NCBI GenBank assembly: GCA_965200315.1
Contig: OZ241362.1
Span: 4,672,001-4,736,000 of the forward strand
DNA from: Candidatus Latescibacterota bacterium
GTDB taxonomy: Bacteria; Latescibacterota; UBA2968; UBA8231
DNA: 64,000 nucleotides
Direction of reading: 5' to 3'
Positions 1 to 8,569 of the stretch are shown here, in pieces. Positions within the stretch are counted from its first letter, which is position 1; every line of letters begins with the position of its first letter. The notes under the pieces were generated by a model. It saw only the letters and a list, made by a program, of their open reading frames with translations. It was not told the origin of the DNA and made no database searches. The position numbers were made by a program, and so were the translations under genes.

Positions 1-1230
1 ATGGTCGTCTCGGCCATCGCCGACATCGACCTAGCGCGCGCCCGCTACGCCTACGCAGCGGGGTACGGGGATGTGGCGGTGGGAACGGCGGATAGCCCGC
101 AGGCGTTGGCGGAGGCCATTCACGCGGGGAAATTTACCGCCGTTGAAGACGGGGTGTTAGTCGCGCAGGCCGAAGGTTTGGACGTGGTGGTGGAGGCGAC
201 CGGCTCGACCTCGGTCGGGGCCAGCATGGCCAGCGCGGCCATCGCCAGCGGCAACCACCTCGTGATGGTCAATGTCGAAACGGACGTGACCATCGGCGCA
301 CAACTCAAGCGCAAGGCCGACAGCGCGGGCGCAATCTACTCGCTCGTCGATGGCGATCAGCCCGGAGTGACCATGAACATAATCGAATGGGCGTGGTCGC
401 TGGGCTTGGAGGTGGTGGCCGCCGGTCGGGGCACCATACTCTTTGCCGACGATCCCCAAGGCACACCCGACAACACCGCGGTGCGCTTTGGCTTTGACGA
501 AGAGACCTTAGAGCGGCGCAGCATCAGCTTGAAGATGTACAACTCCTTCCGCGACGGCACCAAAGCCCAAGTTGAGGCCACGGCCATCGCCAACATGGCC
601 GGGTTAGTCCCCGACGTAAGGGGGATGCACGAGCCATCGTGCAATTTGGCGGACATCCCGCAAAAATTCAGCTTGGTCGCAGAGGGCGGGCTGCTGAGTC
701 AGCGCGGGGTCGTCGAGCTAGCCAACAGCGTCGCCGAGGACGGCAAGACCCAGCTCGCCAACCCGTTGGGCATGGGCGTCTTTGTCGTCGTCCGCAGCGA
801 GCACCCCTTTACCGTCGAAGACCTCGCCACCTACGGCTTGCATTCGGGCGGCGACGGCCAAAACTTCCTTCTCTATCGCCCCTATCACTTGGTGGCGGTA
901 GAAGCCCCGATCACCATCGCCAAAATCGCGCTCTACGGCCTGCCAACCGGCACTCCGCGCCCGGTGCCCACAGCCGATGTAATCGCCGTAGCCAAGCGAG
1001 CTCTCAAGGCCGGAGAGACCCTCGACGGCGGGGGCGGCTACACTGTATTGGGTCAAAGCGAAAAGGCAACTGTGGTGCGCCAAGAGGGCCTGTTGCCGTT
1101 AGGAATATCGGGCGGAGCCGTGCTCAAACAAGACGTGCGGCAAGGCGACGCCATTGGCTATGCCATGGTCGATTTGCCGGATTCGCTCGCGTTGCAACTG
1201 CGGCGCGAACAGGACGCAACGGTCTGGTGA
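1..1230 (+). CDS. NAD(P)-dependent oxidoreductase (homoserine dehydrogenase-like) with C-terminal SAF domain; probably 5'-partial
   Basis: Motifs VVVEATG, MVNVETD, GDQPG, DGTKAQVE and YRPYHL; SAF-like C-terminus (DVIAVAKRALKAGETLDGGGGYTV...LLPLG). The N-terminal GxGxxG is absent, so it probably lies upstream of the window. Confidence 0.8.
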   Translation: MVVSAIADIDLARARYAYAAGYGDVAVGTADSPQALAEAIHAGKFTAVEDGVLVAQAEGLDVVVEATGSTSVGASMASAAIASGNHLVMVNVETDVTIGAQLKRKADSAGAIYSLVDGDQPGVTMNIIEWAWSLGLEVVAAGRGTILFADDPQGTPDNTAVRFGFDEETLERRSISLKMYNSFRDGTKAQVEATAIANMAGLVPDVRGMHEPSCNLADIPQKFSLVAEGGLLSQRGVVELANSVAEDGKTQLANPLGMGVFVVVRSEHPFTVEDLATYGLHSGGDGQNFLLYRPYHLVAVEAPITIAKIALYGLPTGTPRPVPTADVIAVAKRALKAGETLDGGGGYTVLGQSEKATVVRQEGLLPLGISGGAVLKQDVRQGDAIGYAMVDLPDSLALQLRREQDATVW

Positions 1231-1326
1231 ATCGGCGAGCAAACGCCCGTGCAGCCGATACGATTGAGCGAATAGGATACATGGCTACAGGATGTGTTGG
1301 GCAAGAGGCTGCCGTATAGGATGTTC

Positions 1327-1356
1327 TTGACAAGCCCTCTCGCCATATTGTACCAT
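1327..1356 (+). promoter_or_regulatory. Putative sigma70 promoter of the SLATT-like gene
   Basis: TTGACA (1327-1332), 18-nt spacer, TACCAT (1351-1356); AAGGAG SD at 1377-1382 before ATG 1389. Confidence 0.55.
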
Positions 1357-1388
1357 CGAATATCACTTCCCTCGACAAGGAGACTTGC

Positions 1389-1988
1389 ATGGCGGCCACC
1401 CCTGCCGCAGAAAAGGATTGGCCAAACATGACTGAACAGGACCGCGAAATTGAACGCCTCAGCGATCAAGTCGTGTTTTTATATGACCAATACCGGACAG
1501 CCCGTTATAACGTACTATACTATGGAAAGCGACTGAAGAAAACCAAGCAGCTAAATTTTTTCCTTGAGGCCATTATAGCACTGGCGGCACCCGGGTCTAT
1601 CGGGACATGGTTTGTGTTCGGCACGGCTGAATACGGCCTTCTCTTTGCAAAAATCTTGGGGGCTTTCGCCGCGGTCGCTGCTATTATCAAACCGCTTTCT
1701 TCCATAAGCGATAATCTCCAGCGGTACACACGTCTTAATACCACGTATAACGAAATTGCGTCTGAATTGGGTCAGCTAGTAGAGAAAATACGTATTGAAC
1801 AAGAGTACTCCCAAGAAATCCGGATACGATTTGAGGTCCAAGTTAAACGTATGGGGACTTTGGCCGCATTGGATGATCCAGAAATGGCCCCCGAAGAAGA
1901 AGATAGGTGCTATCAAAGGATCAATGAACAAGTACCTGCTGATTCCTTATGGATTCCGTCTGTCACGATACATGAACCAAGATCGTAA
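1389..1988 (+). CDS. SLATT-like two-TM membrane protein (candidate defence effector)
   Basis: Good SD and lower GC than the flanks. An N-terminal helix is followed by two hydrophobic segments (FFLEAIIALAAPGSIGTWFVFG; LLFAKILGAFAAVAAIIKP) and a helical C-terminus, which is the SLATT architecture. The family call is inferred. Confidence 0.6.
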   Translation: MAATPAAEKDWPNMTEQDREIERLSDQVVFLYDQYRTARYNVLYYGKRLKKTKQLNFFLEAIIALAAPGSIGTWFVFGTAEYGLLFAKILGAFAAVAAIIKPLSSISDNLQRYTRLNTTYNEIASELGQLVEKIRIEQEYSQEIRIRFEVQVKRMGTLAALDDPEMAPEEEDRCYQRINEQVPADSLWIPSVTIHEPRS

Positions 1989-2094
1989 AAGAAAGTCCGA
2001 TCCGCCCGCTGGAGCACAACCGCCTCGCCCTTGGCCAAGGCCGACTCCTAAGCCGACTCCTAAGCCGCCGACCAAACCGCCACCCAAGCGGTAG
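1972..2094 (+). CDS. Candidate 40-aa proline/lysine/arginine-rich small peptide
   Basis: ATG 1972 overlaps the upstream gene end by 17 nt. Sequence is MNQDRKRKSDPPAGAQPPRPWPRPTPKPTPKPPTKPPPKR*, with a tandem GCCGACTCCTAA x2 at 2040-2063. No strong SD. Confidence 0.45.
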   Translation: MNQDRKRKSDPPAGAQPPRPWPRPTPKPTPKPPTKPPPKR

Positions 2095-2191
2095 CAAGTA
2101 CCAATAATAATCCCTAAATGTGGTACCTGCTCCGTAATTGCAAAGGGTAAAGCTCAGGTTTCCATAATCTTTTGCTTTGGACATTCGGGCG

Positions 2192-2269
2192 ACAAAAAAG
2201 GGGAAAAAGGCGCGAGGCCCTTCCCCTTTTGCGTGTCCAATGCAGGCTAGTCGGCTTTGACTTCGACCT
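2192..2269 (-). repeat. Diverged duplicate of the hsp20 3' end plus terminator (copy of 2757-2832)
   Basis: acaaaaaaggggaa...gcccttccccttttgcg...gctag...ttgacttcgacct aligns with 2757-2832. The minus strand reads VEVKAD* versus hsp20 VEVKVG*. Confidence 0.85.
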
Positions 2270-2277
2270 ATTGGAAA

Positions 2278-2610
2278 ATGTCCGAATATCAAGAAGCTAA
2301 AGTAGTAATCGTCTCCATCTTGGAACTTTCAAAGGACTCAATCCACATGCACGTAGGATTGATCGTGTTTTTTTTGGCTGTAGTCCTTTGGAAAAAAGGA
2401 TCAATTGAAGCGCGATGTTTGATCCCCGTCGTAATTGTAGCATCCTTGATGGAGATTCTCGATCTAAGATATGATTATCTCTCTCTGGGTCGCTTTCGTC
2501 TGAAGGCAATAACGGCAAGCATACACGATTTAATCAATACCACGTTTTGGCCGGTGGTCATTGTAGTACTGGCTTGGATGGGCAAATTGCAGAATGCGCG
2601 GAATACATAG
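2278..2610 (+). CDS. Small hypothetical membrane protein (about 3 TM), low GC
   Basis: 110 aa from ATG 2278 (MSEYQEAK...); hydrophobic segments and a DSIHMHVG motif; AT-rich composition. Confidence 0.65.
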   Translation: MSEYQEAKVVIVSILELSKDSIHMHVGLIVFFLAVVLWKKGSIEARCLIPVVIVASLMEILDLRYDYLSLGRFRLKAITASIHDLINTTFWPVVIVVLAWMGKLQNARNT

Positions 2611-2654
2611 TGCCTAAAACCCTCTTATAGCAATCCTACATCATTTACAAGAAA

Positions 2655-2687
2655 ATCCGCAGATGGACGCAGATAGACGCAGAATAG
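2655..2687. repeat. Short tandem CGCAGA decamer repeat; related copy at 60418-60440
   Basis: atccgcagatggacgcagatagacgcagaatag has three units with 10-nt periodicity. Confidence 0.6.
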
Positions 2688-2760
2688 GAGGCACAAGACT
2701 AGGATCCACCGCCCGAATCGTTCAAATCATTTCGGGTTGCTATATCAGTCATAGGTACAA

Positions 2761-2793
2761 AAAAGGGGAAGGGCATCGTGCCCTTCCCCTTTT
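2761..2793. terminator. Bidirectional intrinsic terminator downstream of hsp20
   Basis: AAAAGGGGAAGGGCA-tcg-TGCCCTTCCCCTTTT is a perfect stem whose ends are A and T runs. Confidence 0.85.
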
Positions 2794-2809
2794 GCGCGTC
2801 TAAGGCTAG

Positions 2810-3271
2810 CTAGCCGACCTTGACTTCGACCTGACGGACGACCTTTTTCGCCTCCTCCTTCTTGGGCAGGTGGAGGGTGAGGACGCCGTTTTTGAACTTG
2901 GCCTCGATGGCGTCGTCCTGCACACCATCGGGCAGGTGGAAGGCGCGCTCAAAGCGTCCGTAGATGCGCTCCGTGCGGAAAAACTTGCCTTCCTTTTCCT
3001 CGCTAGCCGCGCTCTTTTCGCCCCGCAACACGAGCGTTCCGTCGTCGACGGTGATCTCGAGATCCTGCTCATCCAAACCTGGCAGTTCGGCCGAGATTTC
3101 GTAGGAGGCGTCGTCTTCCTTGACGTCGATGCGCGGGCTGAAAGCCGCGTTGCCAGTCAAAACGGGCAGGCGCGAGTCTTCGCCAAATAAGGCGTCGAAG
3201 AGGTTGTCGAACGGGCTGCGCCACGGGCGATTGCTGACGCGAATGCTGGGTAGTAAAGTCTTGACGGCCAT
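2810..3271 (-). CDS. hsp20: Small heat-shock protein Hsp20/alpha-crystallin
   Basis: Motifs PRIDVKE, AELPG, ERIYGRFERAFHLP and AKFKNGVLTLHLPK; AAGGAG SD. Confidence 0.95.
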   Translation of the reverse strand: MAVKTLLPSIRVSNRPWRSPFDNLFDALFGEDSRLPVLTGNAAFSPRIDVKEDDASYEISAELPGLDEQDLEITVDDGTLVLRGEKSAASEEKEGKFFRTERIYGRFERAFHLPDGVQDDAIEAKFKNGVLTLHLPKKEEAKKVVRQVEVKVG

Positions 3272-3326
3272 GAGCTTGTCTCCTTGTTAAGTGGCTGTGG
3301 GTTTGTATGGCCTTTGCCCGTTGTAT

Positions 3327-3342
3327 TGCAAAAGCCGTGCCA
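3327..3342 (-). promoter_or_regulatory. sigma54 (-24/-12) promoter upstream of hsp20
   Basis: The minus strand reads TGGCAC-GGCTT-TTGCA, matching TGGCAC-N5-TTGCW, with an AT-rich tract upstream. Confidence 0.7.
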
Positions 3343-3531
3343 ACGTTTTATGTTTTTTATATCTCGCTGTTATACATAGAGTTGAGAAATTTTTACCCAA
3401 AAAGGGGCATGGTCCGTATTGTCAGCGCGGCTTGGAAAAATTGGCAGGCGTTGTGCGAAATTGGCCGAGGTCCGTGCCGTTATTGCACTATGTTGTAGGG
3501 ATAGGCCCCTTTGGCAAGAGGAGTCAAGTAC

Positions 3532-3906
3532 GTGGGAATCTTTCAGGTCGAACTGGAAATAGGCGATCAGCAAGGGCAGCACTTTGAGACCGTTAGTGCT
3601 CTGGTAGACTCTGGCGCGACCTACACCACGCTGCCTGAAACCCTTCTGCGAAGATTGGGAGTTGTCCCTCTCAGCAGAGCCAATTTTGTACTTGCCGACG
3701 GCAGCAGGATGGAGCGCGGAATCGGTCAAACTTGGATGAGATTAGAGGGTGAAGAGTTCATAGTACCCGTCGTCTTTGGACCGGAAGCCACTCAGCCACT
3801 GTTGGGAGCAGTACCTTTAGAGATTTTCCGGCTGGGGATAGACCCCGTAAGGCAACGGCTGATTCCCGTTGACGGGCTGCTGTTGGTCAATAAGGAACCA
3901 TTGTGA
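3532..3906 (+). CDS. Clan AA retropepsin-like aspartyl protease
   Basis: ALVDSGATYT catalytic motif, LADG and LLGAVPLE; GTG start at 3532 after an AGAGGAG SD. Confidence 0.85.
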   Translation: MGIFQVELEIGDQQGQHFETVSALVDSGATYTTLPETLLRRLGVVPLSRANFVLADGSRMERGIGQTWMRLEGEEFIVPVVFGPEATQPLLGAVPLEIFRLGIDPVRQRLIPVDGLLLVNKEPL

Positions 3907-5252
3907 TCGACTGGAAAGCTGTGCGCACCGAAGTAACCGGGCATTTGCAGGCCCTCCTCCGCATCGACACCACCAACCCCCCGGGCAACGAAAGCGCCGC
4001 CGCGCGCTATCTAGCAGGAATACTGCGGCGGGAGGGCTTTGAGCCCGTCTTCGTCGAGTCCGCGCCCGAGCGAGGCAACGTCCTCGCACGGCTGTCCGGC
4101 GGCGACGAACCGCCGCTCATGCTCTTGGGGCACACCGACGTGGTAGCGGCCGAGCCTGAGCACTGGACCTATCCGCCCTTTTCGGGGGTGCTGGCCGACG
4201 GCTGCGTGTGGGGGCGGGGCGCATTGGATATGAAGAACATGGTCGCGGCGAATCTGATGGTGTTGCTCCTGTTGCAACGGGAAGGAGTCCAGCTCAACCG
4301 CGACATCGTCTTCGCCGCCACGGCCGACGAGGAAGCCGGCAAAGGCAATCACGGGCCGGGGTGGATTATCGACAACCGACCCGAGCTGTGGGACGCGCCC
4401 TTGATTATCACCGAGGGCGGTGGCAGCGACTTCGCGGTTGGTGCGCAGCGGTTTTACACCTGCCAGACCGGGCAAAAGGGATTGTGTCGGTTGCGACTCA
4501 TCGCCCGCGGAACGCCCGGACACGGCTCCATGCCGCACGGCGACAGTGCCATCGTCAAGCTTTCCAAGGCCCTAGCCGGCTTGGAAGGAGCCGCGTTTCC
4601 CGCGCACATCTCCGCGAGTGTGCGCCGCTTTGTCGAGGGAATTGCCAGCCGCCGTCCAGCCGCCGAGGCCACCCTGTGGCGGCAAGTACTCGACCCAACG
4701 ACCGCAGATGCTGCGCTGCTTGAACTGCCTATCGGCCGCACCTTGCGCCGCGAGTTGGGTGCCGTGCTGCACAACACGGCCTCGGCGACCATGGTGCAGG
4801 CCGGTTCTAAGATCAACGTTATTCCAGGAGAGGCGACTGCTTGGATCGATGGGCGCTTAGTGCCCGGGCAGACGGCCGAGAGTTTTGCGGCCGAGCTGCG
4901 CGCGTTTGTCGGAGATGAGGTCGCCATCGAGATCGATCAGTACACGCCGCCGTTGGAAGCATCGTCCGATACCCCGCTTTTTCAGGCGATCGTCGAGGCG
5001 ATGCAGGAGCGCGAGCCAGACGCGCCGGTGCTCCCGTATCTGATGCCAGCCGGCACCGACGCCAAGCACATCGTGCCGCGCCGCCCCGCAACCCAGATCT
5101 ACGGCTTCATGCCCTATCGGCAGCAGCCGGGCGAGGAGGAAATGGTCCTGATCCACGGCCACGACGAACGCACTCCGGTGAAAGAGCTACTCTTTGCGAC
5201 GCAGGTGCTCTACGAAATCGTCTGCCGCTTTGGAGGGGTGGACAACCGCTAG
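3903..5252 (+). CDS. M20 family metallopeptidase/amidohydrolase (ArgE/DapE-like)
   Basis: Motifs GHTDVV, GRGALDMK, ADEEAG, GHGSMP, GTDAK and HGHDER. Confidence 0.92.
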   Translation: MIDWKAVRTEVTGHLQALLRIDTTNPPGNESAAARYLAGILRREGFEPVFVESAPERGNVLARLSGGDEPPLMLLGHTDVVAAEPEHWTYPPFSGVLADGCVWGRGALDMKNMVAANLMVLLLLQREGVQLNRDIVFAATADEEAGKGNHGPGWIIDNRPELWDAPLIITEGGGSDFAVGAQRFYTCQTGQKGLCRLRLIARGTPGHGSMPHGDSAIVKLSKALAGLEGAAFPAHISASVRRFVEGIASRRPAAEATLWRQVLDPTTADAALLELPIGRTLRRELGAVLHNTASATMVQAGSKINVIPGEATAWIDGRLVPGQTAESFAAELRAFVGDEVAIEIDQYTPPLEASSDTPLFQAIVEAMQEREPDAPVLPYLMPAGTDAKHIVPRRPATQIYGFMPYRQQPGEEEMVLIHGHDERTPVKELLFATQVLYEIVCRFGGVDNR

Positions 5253-5749
5253 CTCGAATCGACGACAGCGACGCCATCGTCGATTTCGAGGACCAAAACC
5301 TTATCGCCGGGGTTGAGGGGGCCTTGCGCGCCGGCCCGGCGCGCCAACAGTTCGATGGTGCGGCCTTGGACGGTAGCGGAAATTTTGCCGGTGCTGCCAC
5401 TGGCGATAGGAACGGTGACTTCAGCTTCGAGGCCGATCAAGTCGTCGCCCGCCAGCGAACTGTCGGGGCTTGATCCGCTCAACCGGCTCAGCATCCAGTC
5501 GCCCACAAAGGCGCAAACTACGCCGCTACCCAGCGCCGTGAACAACGCAGCACTTGGGGCCATTAGCAGGCTGCCGAGCATCCCGGCCAAGCCAAAGAAG
5601 AAGGCAAAAAAGAAGAACAGCCGCAGCCGCAAAACAGCCAGCGCTTGCAGGCCCTCGCCCGTACCATCGCCGTCCCCGCCAAACAGCGAGGCCCCAACGG
5701 CGACCCCCCCAACGATCAGCCCGCTCAAGTACAGATAAAAGAGCTCCAC
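5249..5749 (-). CDS. NfeD-like membrane protein (flotillin partner)
   Basis: GTG start at 5749 immediately after the flotillin stop; TM segments plus an OB-fold-like C-terminus (LIGLEAEVTVPI...GDKVLVLEI). Confidence 0.8.
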   Translation of the reverse strand: MELFYLYLSGLIVGGVAVGASLFGGDGDGTGEGLQALAVLRLRLFFFFAFFFGLAGMLGSLLMAPSAALFTALGSGVVCAFVGDWMLSRLSGSSPDSSLAGDDLIGLEAEVTVPIASGSTGKISATVQGRTIELLARRAGAQGPLNPGDKVLVLEIDDGVAVVDSS

Positions 5750-5750
5750 G

Positions 5751-7031
5751 CTACCCTTCCTGCGTTGGAACCTGCCCGTCGGTCTTGTCGGCGATGACCG
5801 AAGCCAAATCAACGCCGGTGGTAGCCTTAATGCTCTCGAAAAGCGCAGGAGCCAGCGTCCCGATCTGGTTGACGACCGCTGGCAGCCCGCTCTGGCCGCC
5901 ATGGCCTGAATCGACGACGGCGAGGTGGTCAATTTTGATGTCTTTGGCCATGGCGGTGATTTGCTGGACCAAGCTCGGCAGCATCTGGATCAATAGCAGT
6001 TCCTTGCCGTTGGAACCAGCAAGGGTCCAGACCTCGTTTTTCTGCTTGAGTACCTCGATCTCGGCGAGGCCATTTTCGCGGATGTTGGCCGCTTCGCCCT
6101 TGGCGCGCAGCTCGGCCGCGTCGCGGTCGGCGCGGGCCGGCTCAATGACCTCGATCTCCAACTGGCGCTTCTGCAGCACCAAGCGCTCCTGCTCGACTTC
6201 CTGCTCGGCTTGGACTTCGGCTTTGCGGGCAACTTGCGCGGCGCGTTTCTCCGCAGCTAAGCCCTCGCCTTCCAAATCGGCCTTGCGAACTCGGAGCGTG
6301 TTTTGTGCATCGACGATCTGGACCTGAGCCTCGGCGTCGGCGACTTCGCCGCGACGGCGAGCTTCGGCGGATTTTTCCTGTGATTCAGCGCGGTTTTCAG
6401 CCTCGGCGATTTCAGCTTCCTTGAGGACTGAGGCCGTGCTCTTGCGGCCAATAGCGTCGAGATAGCCAACATCGTCGGCGACGTTCTGGATTTTGAGCGT
6501 GTCGAGCACCAAGCCGAGCTTCTGTAGATCGACGTCGGCCTCGCCGATGAGCGATTGGGCGAATTTGAGGCGGTCCTCGTTGACCTCTTCGGGGGTCAGG
6601 GTGGCGAGGACGCCGCGCAGGTTGCCTTCGAGCGTATCTTTGGCAATGTCTTGGACTTCGGCGAGCGCGATGCCCAAGAATCGCTCTAGCGCGTTGCCGA
6701 GCAGCGGCTCGTCACCAGCGATCTTGATATTGGCGATGCCCTGCACCGACAACGGGATGCCGCCTTTGGAGTACGCGTTCGTGATCGACACTTCGAGGGG
6801 AATCGTGCGCAAGTCGAGGCGATCGACCTTTTCGAGGAGTGGGATGCGGAAGGCGCGGCCCCCCTTAATCACTCGGTAGCCCACCTCACGACCGTCGGCC
6901 GTCTGGCGTTTGCGACCCGAGAAAATGATTACTTCGTTGGGCTGGCAGATAAAGAGGTTCAGCCGGACGACGGAGATCACCACGATCAGCAACACCGCGA
7001 AAACTAGGGCGAAAGTCAGGAACATTTCCAT
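5751..7031 (-). CDS. Flotillin family SPFH-domain protein
   Basis: N-terminal TM, PNEVIIFSGRK, LEGNLRGVLATLTPEEVNEDR and an AEA-rich coiled coil. Confidence 0.93.
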   Translation of the reverse strand: MEMFLTFALVFAVLLIVVISVVRLNLFICQPNEVIIFSGRKRQTADGREVGYRVIKGGRAFRIPLLEKVDRLDLRTIPLEVSITNAYSKGGIPLSVQGIANIKIAGDEPLLGNALERFLGIALAEVQDIAKDTLEGNLRGVLATLTPEEVNEDRLKFAQSLIGEADVDLQKLGLVLDTLKIQNVADDVGYLDAIGRKSTASVLKEAEIAEAENRAESQEKSAEARRRGEVADAEAQVQIVDAQNTLRVRKADLEGEGLAAEKRAAQVARKAEVQAEQEVEQERLVLQKRQLEIEVIEPARADRDAAELRAKGEAANIRENGLAEIEVLKQKNEVWTLAGSNGKELLLIQMLPSLVQQITAMAKDIKIDHLAVVDSGHGGQSGLPAVVNQIGTLAPALFESIKATTGVDLASVIADKTDGQVPTQEG

Positions 7032-7107
7032 CTGGCACCTCCTGAGGCGTTTGCGGCGTAATATACGGAAAGAAACCGCTAAATCCTACGAAGGTTTGCT
7101 CGACAAT

Positions 7108-8568
7108 TTAATAAGCTCCCTTAATCCGCCCGAACCACCCGCGCAACGGGTCGCCCAATTCCTCCATGTAGCGATCCATCCGCCCCATCAAGTCGTGGCG
7201 CACGGCTTCATAAGCCGGATTGCCATACACATTGTCGAGCTGATAAGGGTCGCGTTGCAAGTCGTACAGCTCGCCCGGATCGCCCGAATTAAAGGTGAAC
7301 TGATGGGTGCGGGTGCGGACCATGCGCTGGTTGACGACCGTAAAATGGCGGTCAAACACGCAGTAGACTTCCTCGCGGCCATTGGCAAACGGGCGTCCCT
7401 CAATGGCCGGGAGAAAGGACTGCCCGTCGAGGTCGGAAGGAACTTTGAGACCAGCCGCGTCGAGCGACGAAAGCATGATCTCGTGCAGATAGACGAACTC
7501 GTCGCAGGCCGTGCCGGGTGCCTCGCAGGCGGGATGGGCGATGACGAGCGGGATGCGGTAGATCTCGTCGTACATGAACTCGCCCTTCTCGATCAGCTTG
7601 TGTGCGCCGAGGCAATCGCCGTGATCCGAGGTATAGACGATGATGGTGTCGTCGAGAACGCCCAGTCGTTCCAAATGGGCCACCACTCGCCCCACCATAT
7701 CGTCGATCAGCGTGCAATGCCCAAAGTAGCGAGCGGCGATTTCCTGAAAGCCCGCCCAACCGTAGTCGCCCAATCCCCACAGCCGCTCGATTAACTGCTG
7801 GCGATAGGGCTTTTTCTCAAACGTCTCGGCGTACCCAGGATGTTCGGGAATGGCTTTTGGATCGTACATGGAAAAGTACGGCTCCGGCACCAGCGACGGA
7901 CTGTGCGGCCCCCAAAAGTTGGCCCACAAGAAGAACGGCTGCTCAGCGGTGGCCACTTCGTCGAGGACGCGAATAGCTTCTTCGGCGACGAAATACTCTA
8001 TGCACGACTCGACCGGCCCCTCGTGCAATGCGAACATCTCCTGAGCCTGATTCGAGGGGTTGGTGCCGACAAAGCGGTGCGACACCGGCGGCGGTGGGTC
8101 AAAGCCGCGTTCTTTTAGATAGTCGGCATACGGGTTGTGTCCCCTCGGTTTGGCGCCAAACTGCAAACCGGGCAGCAGGTCGGAACCCGGAAAGGCATAG
8201 CCCATAAAGTCTTGGCCTGCAAACCCGTAACCCGTCGGGCCGGTTTGCTCATCCACGTGCCACTTGCCGGCGTATCCACAGCGATAGCCGGCCTCGTCCA
8301 GATAGTGATTTAGACCGCGCAGGCCCTCGCGCAAGCACAGGCCGTTGGCCGTAACCCCGTGCCTGTGAGGGTAAAGACCCGTGTAAAAGGAAGCGCGGGC
8401 CGGCGAGCAGATCGCCGTCGGCGTAAACGCCGAGTCAAAGCGAACGCCACGCGCCGCCAACGCGTCGATGTGCGGCGTCCGGCACACCTCGTTCAGCCCG
8501 TAGCAGCTCACCGTGTCGAGCCGCTGTTGGTCGGACATTAGGACGACGACATTAGGTTGCTTAGCCAT
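7108..8568 (-). CDS. Cys-type sulfatase
   Basis: Start MAKQPNVVVLMSDQQR; CSPAR formylglycine motif; GKWH, SDHGD and ELYDL. No signal peptide. Confidence 0.92.
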   Translation of the reverse strand: MAKQPNVVVLMSDQQRLDTVSCYGLNEVCRTPHIDALAARGVRFDSAFTPTAICSPARASFYTGLYPHRHGVTANGLCLREGLRGLNHYLDEAGYRCGYAGKWHVDEQTGPTGYGFAGQDFMGYAFPGSDLLPGLQFGAKPRGHNPYADYLKERGFDPPPPVSHRFVGTNPSNQAQEMFALHEGPVESCIEYFVAEEAIRVLDEVATAEQPFFLWANFWGPHSPSLVPEPYFSMYDPKAIPEHPGYAETFEKKPYRQQLIERLWGLGDYGWAGFQEIAARYFGHCTLIDDMVGRVVAHLERLGVLDDTIIVYTSDHGDCLGAHKLIEKGEFMYDEIYRIPLVIAHPACEAPGTACDEFVYLHEIMLSSLDAAGLKVPSDLDGQSFLPAIEGRPFANGREEVYCVFDRHFTVVNQRMVRTRTHQFTFNSGDPGELYDLQRDPYQLDNVYGNPAYEAVRHDLMGRMDRYMEELGDPLRGWFGRIKGAY

Positions 8569-8569
8569 G

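Noticed and set aside
1231-1320. Possible degenerate copy of the SAF gene 3' end (gcgaataggataca vs gcgaacaggacgca)
   Set aside because: The match is too short to distinguish from chance.
5750-5932. Long N-terminal extensions in the ORF track (also 8658, 25695, 31395, 47527, 59507, 63291)
   Set aside because: They overlap neighbouring genes or relics. Downstream starts with an SD, a signal peptide or a family-typical N-terminus fit better.
6910-7794. Numerous long antisense and alternate-frame ORFs (e.g. 6910-7794, 9681-10547, 17107-18273, 56757-57788)
   Set aside because: These are shadow ORFs expected from high-GC codon bias opposite well-supported genes.
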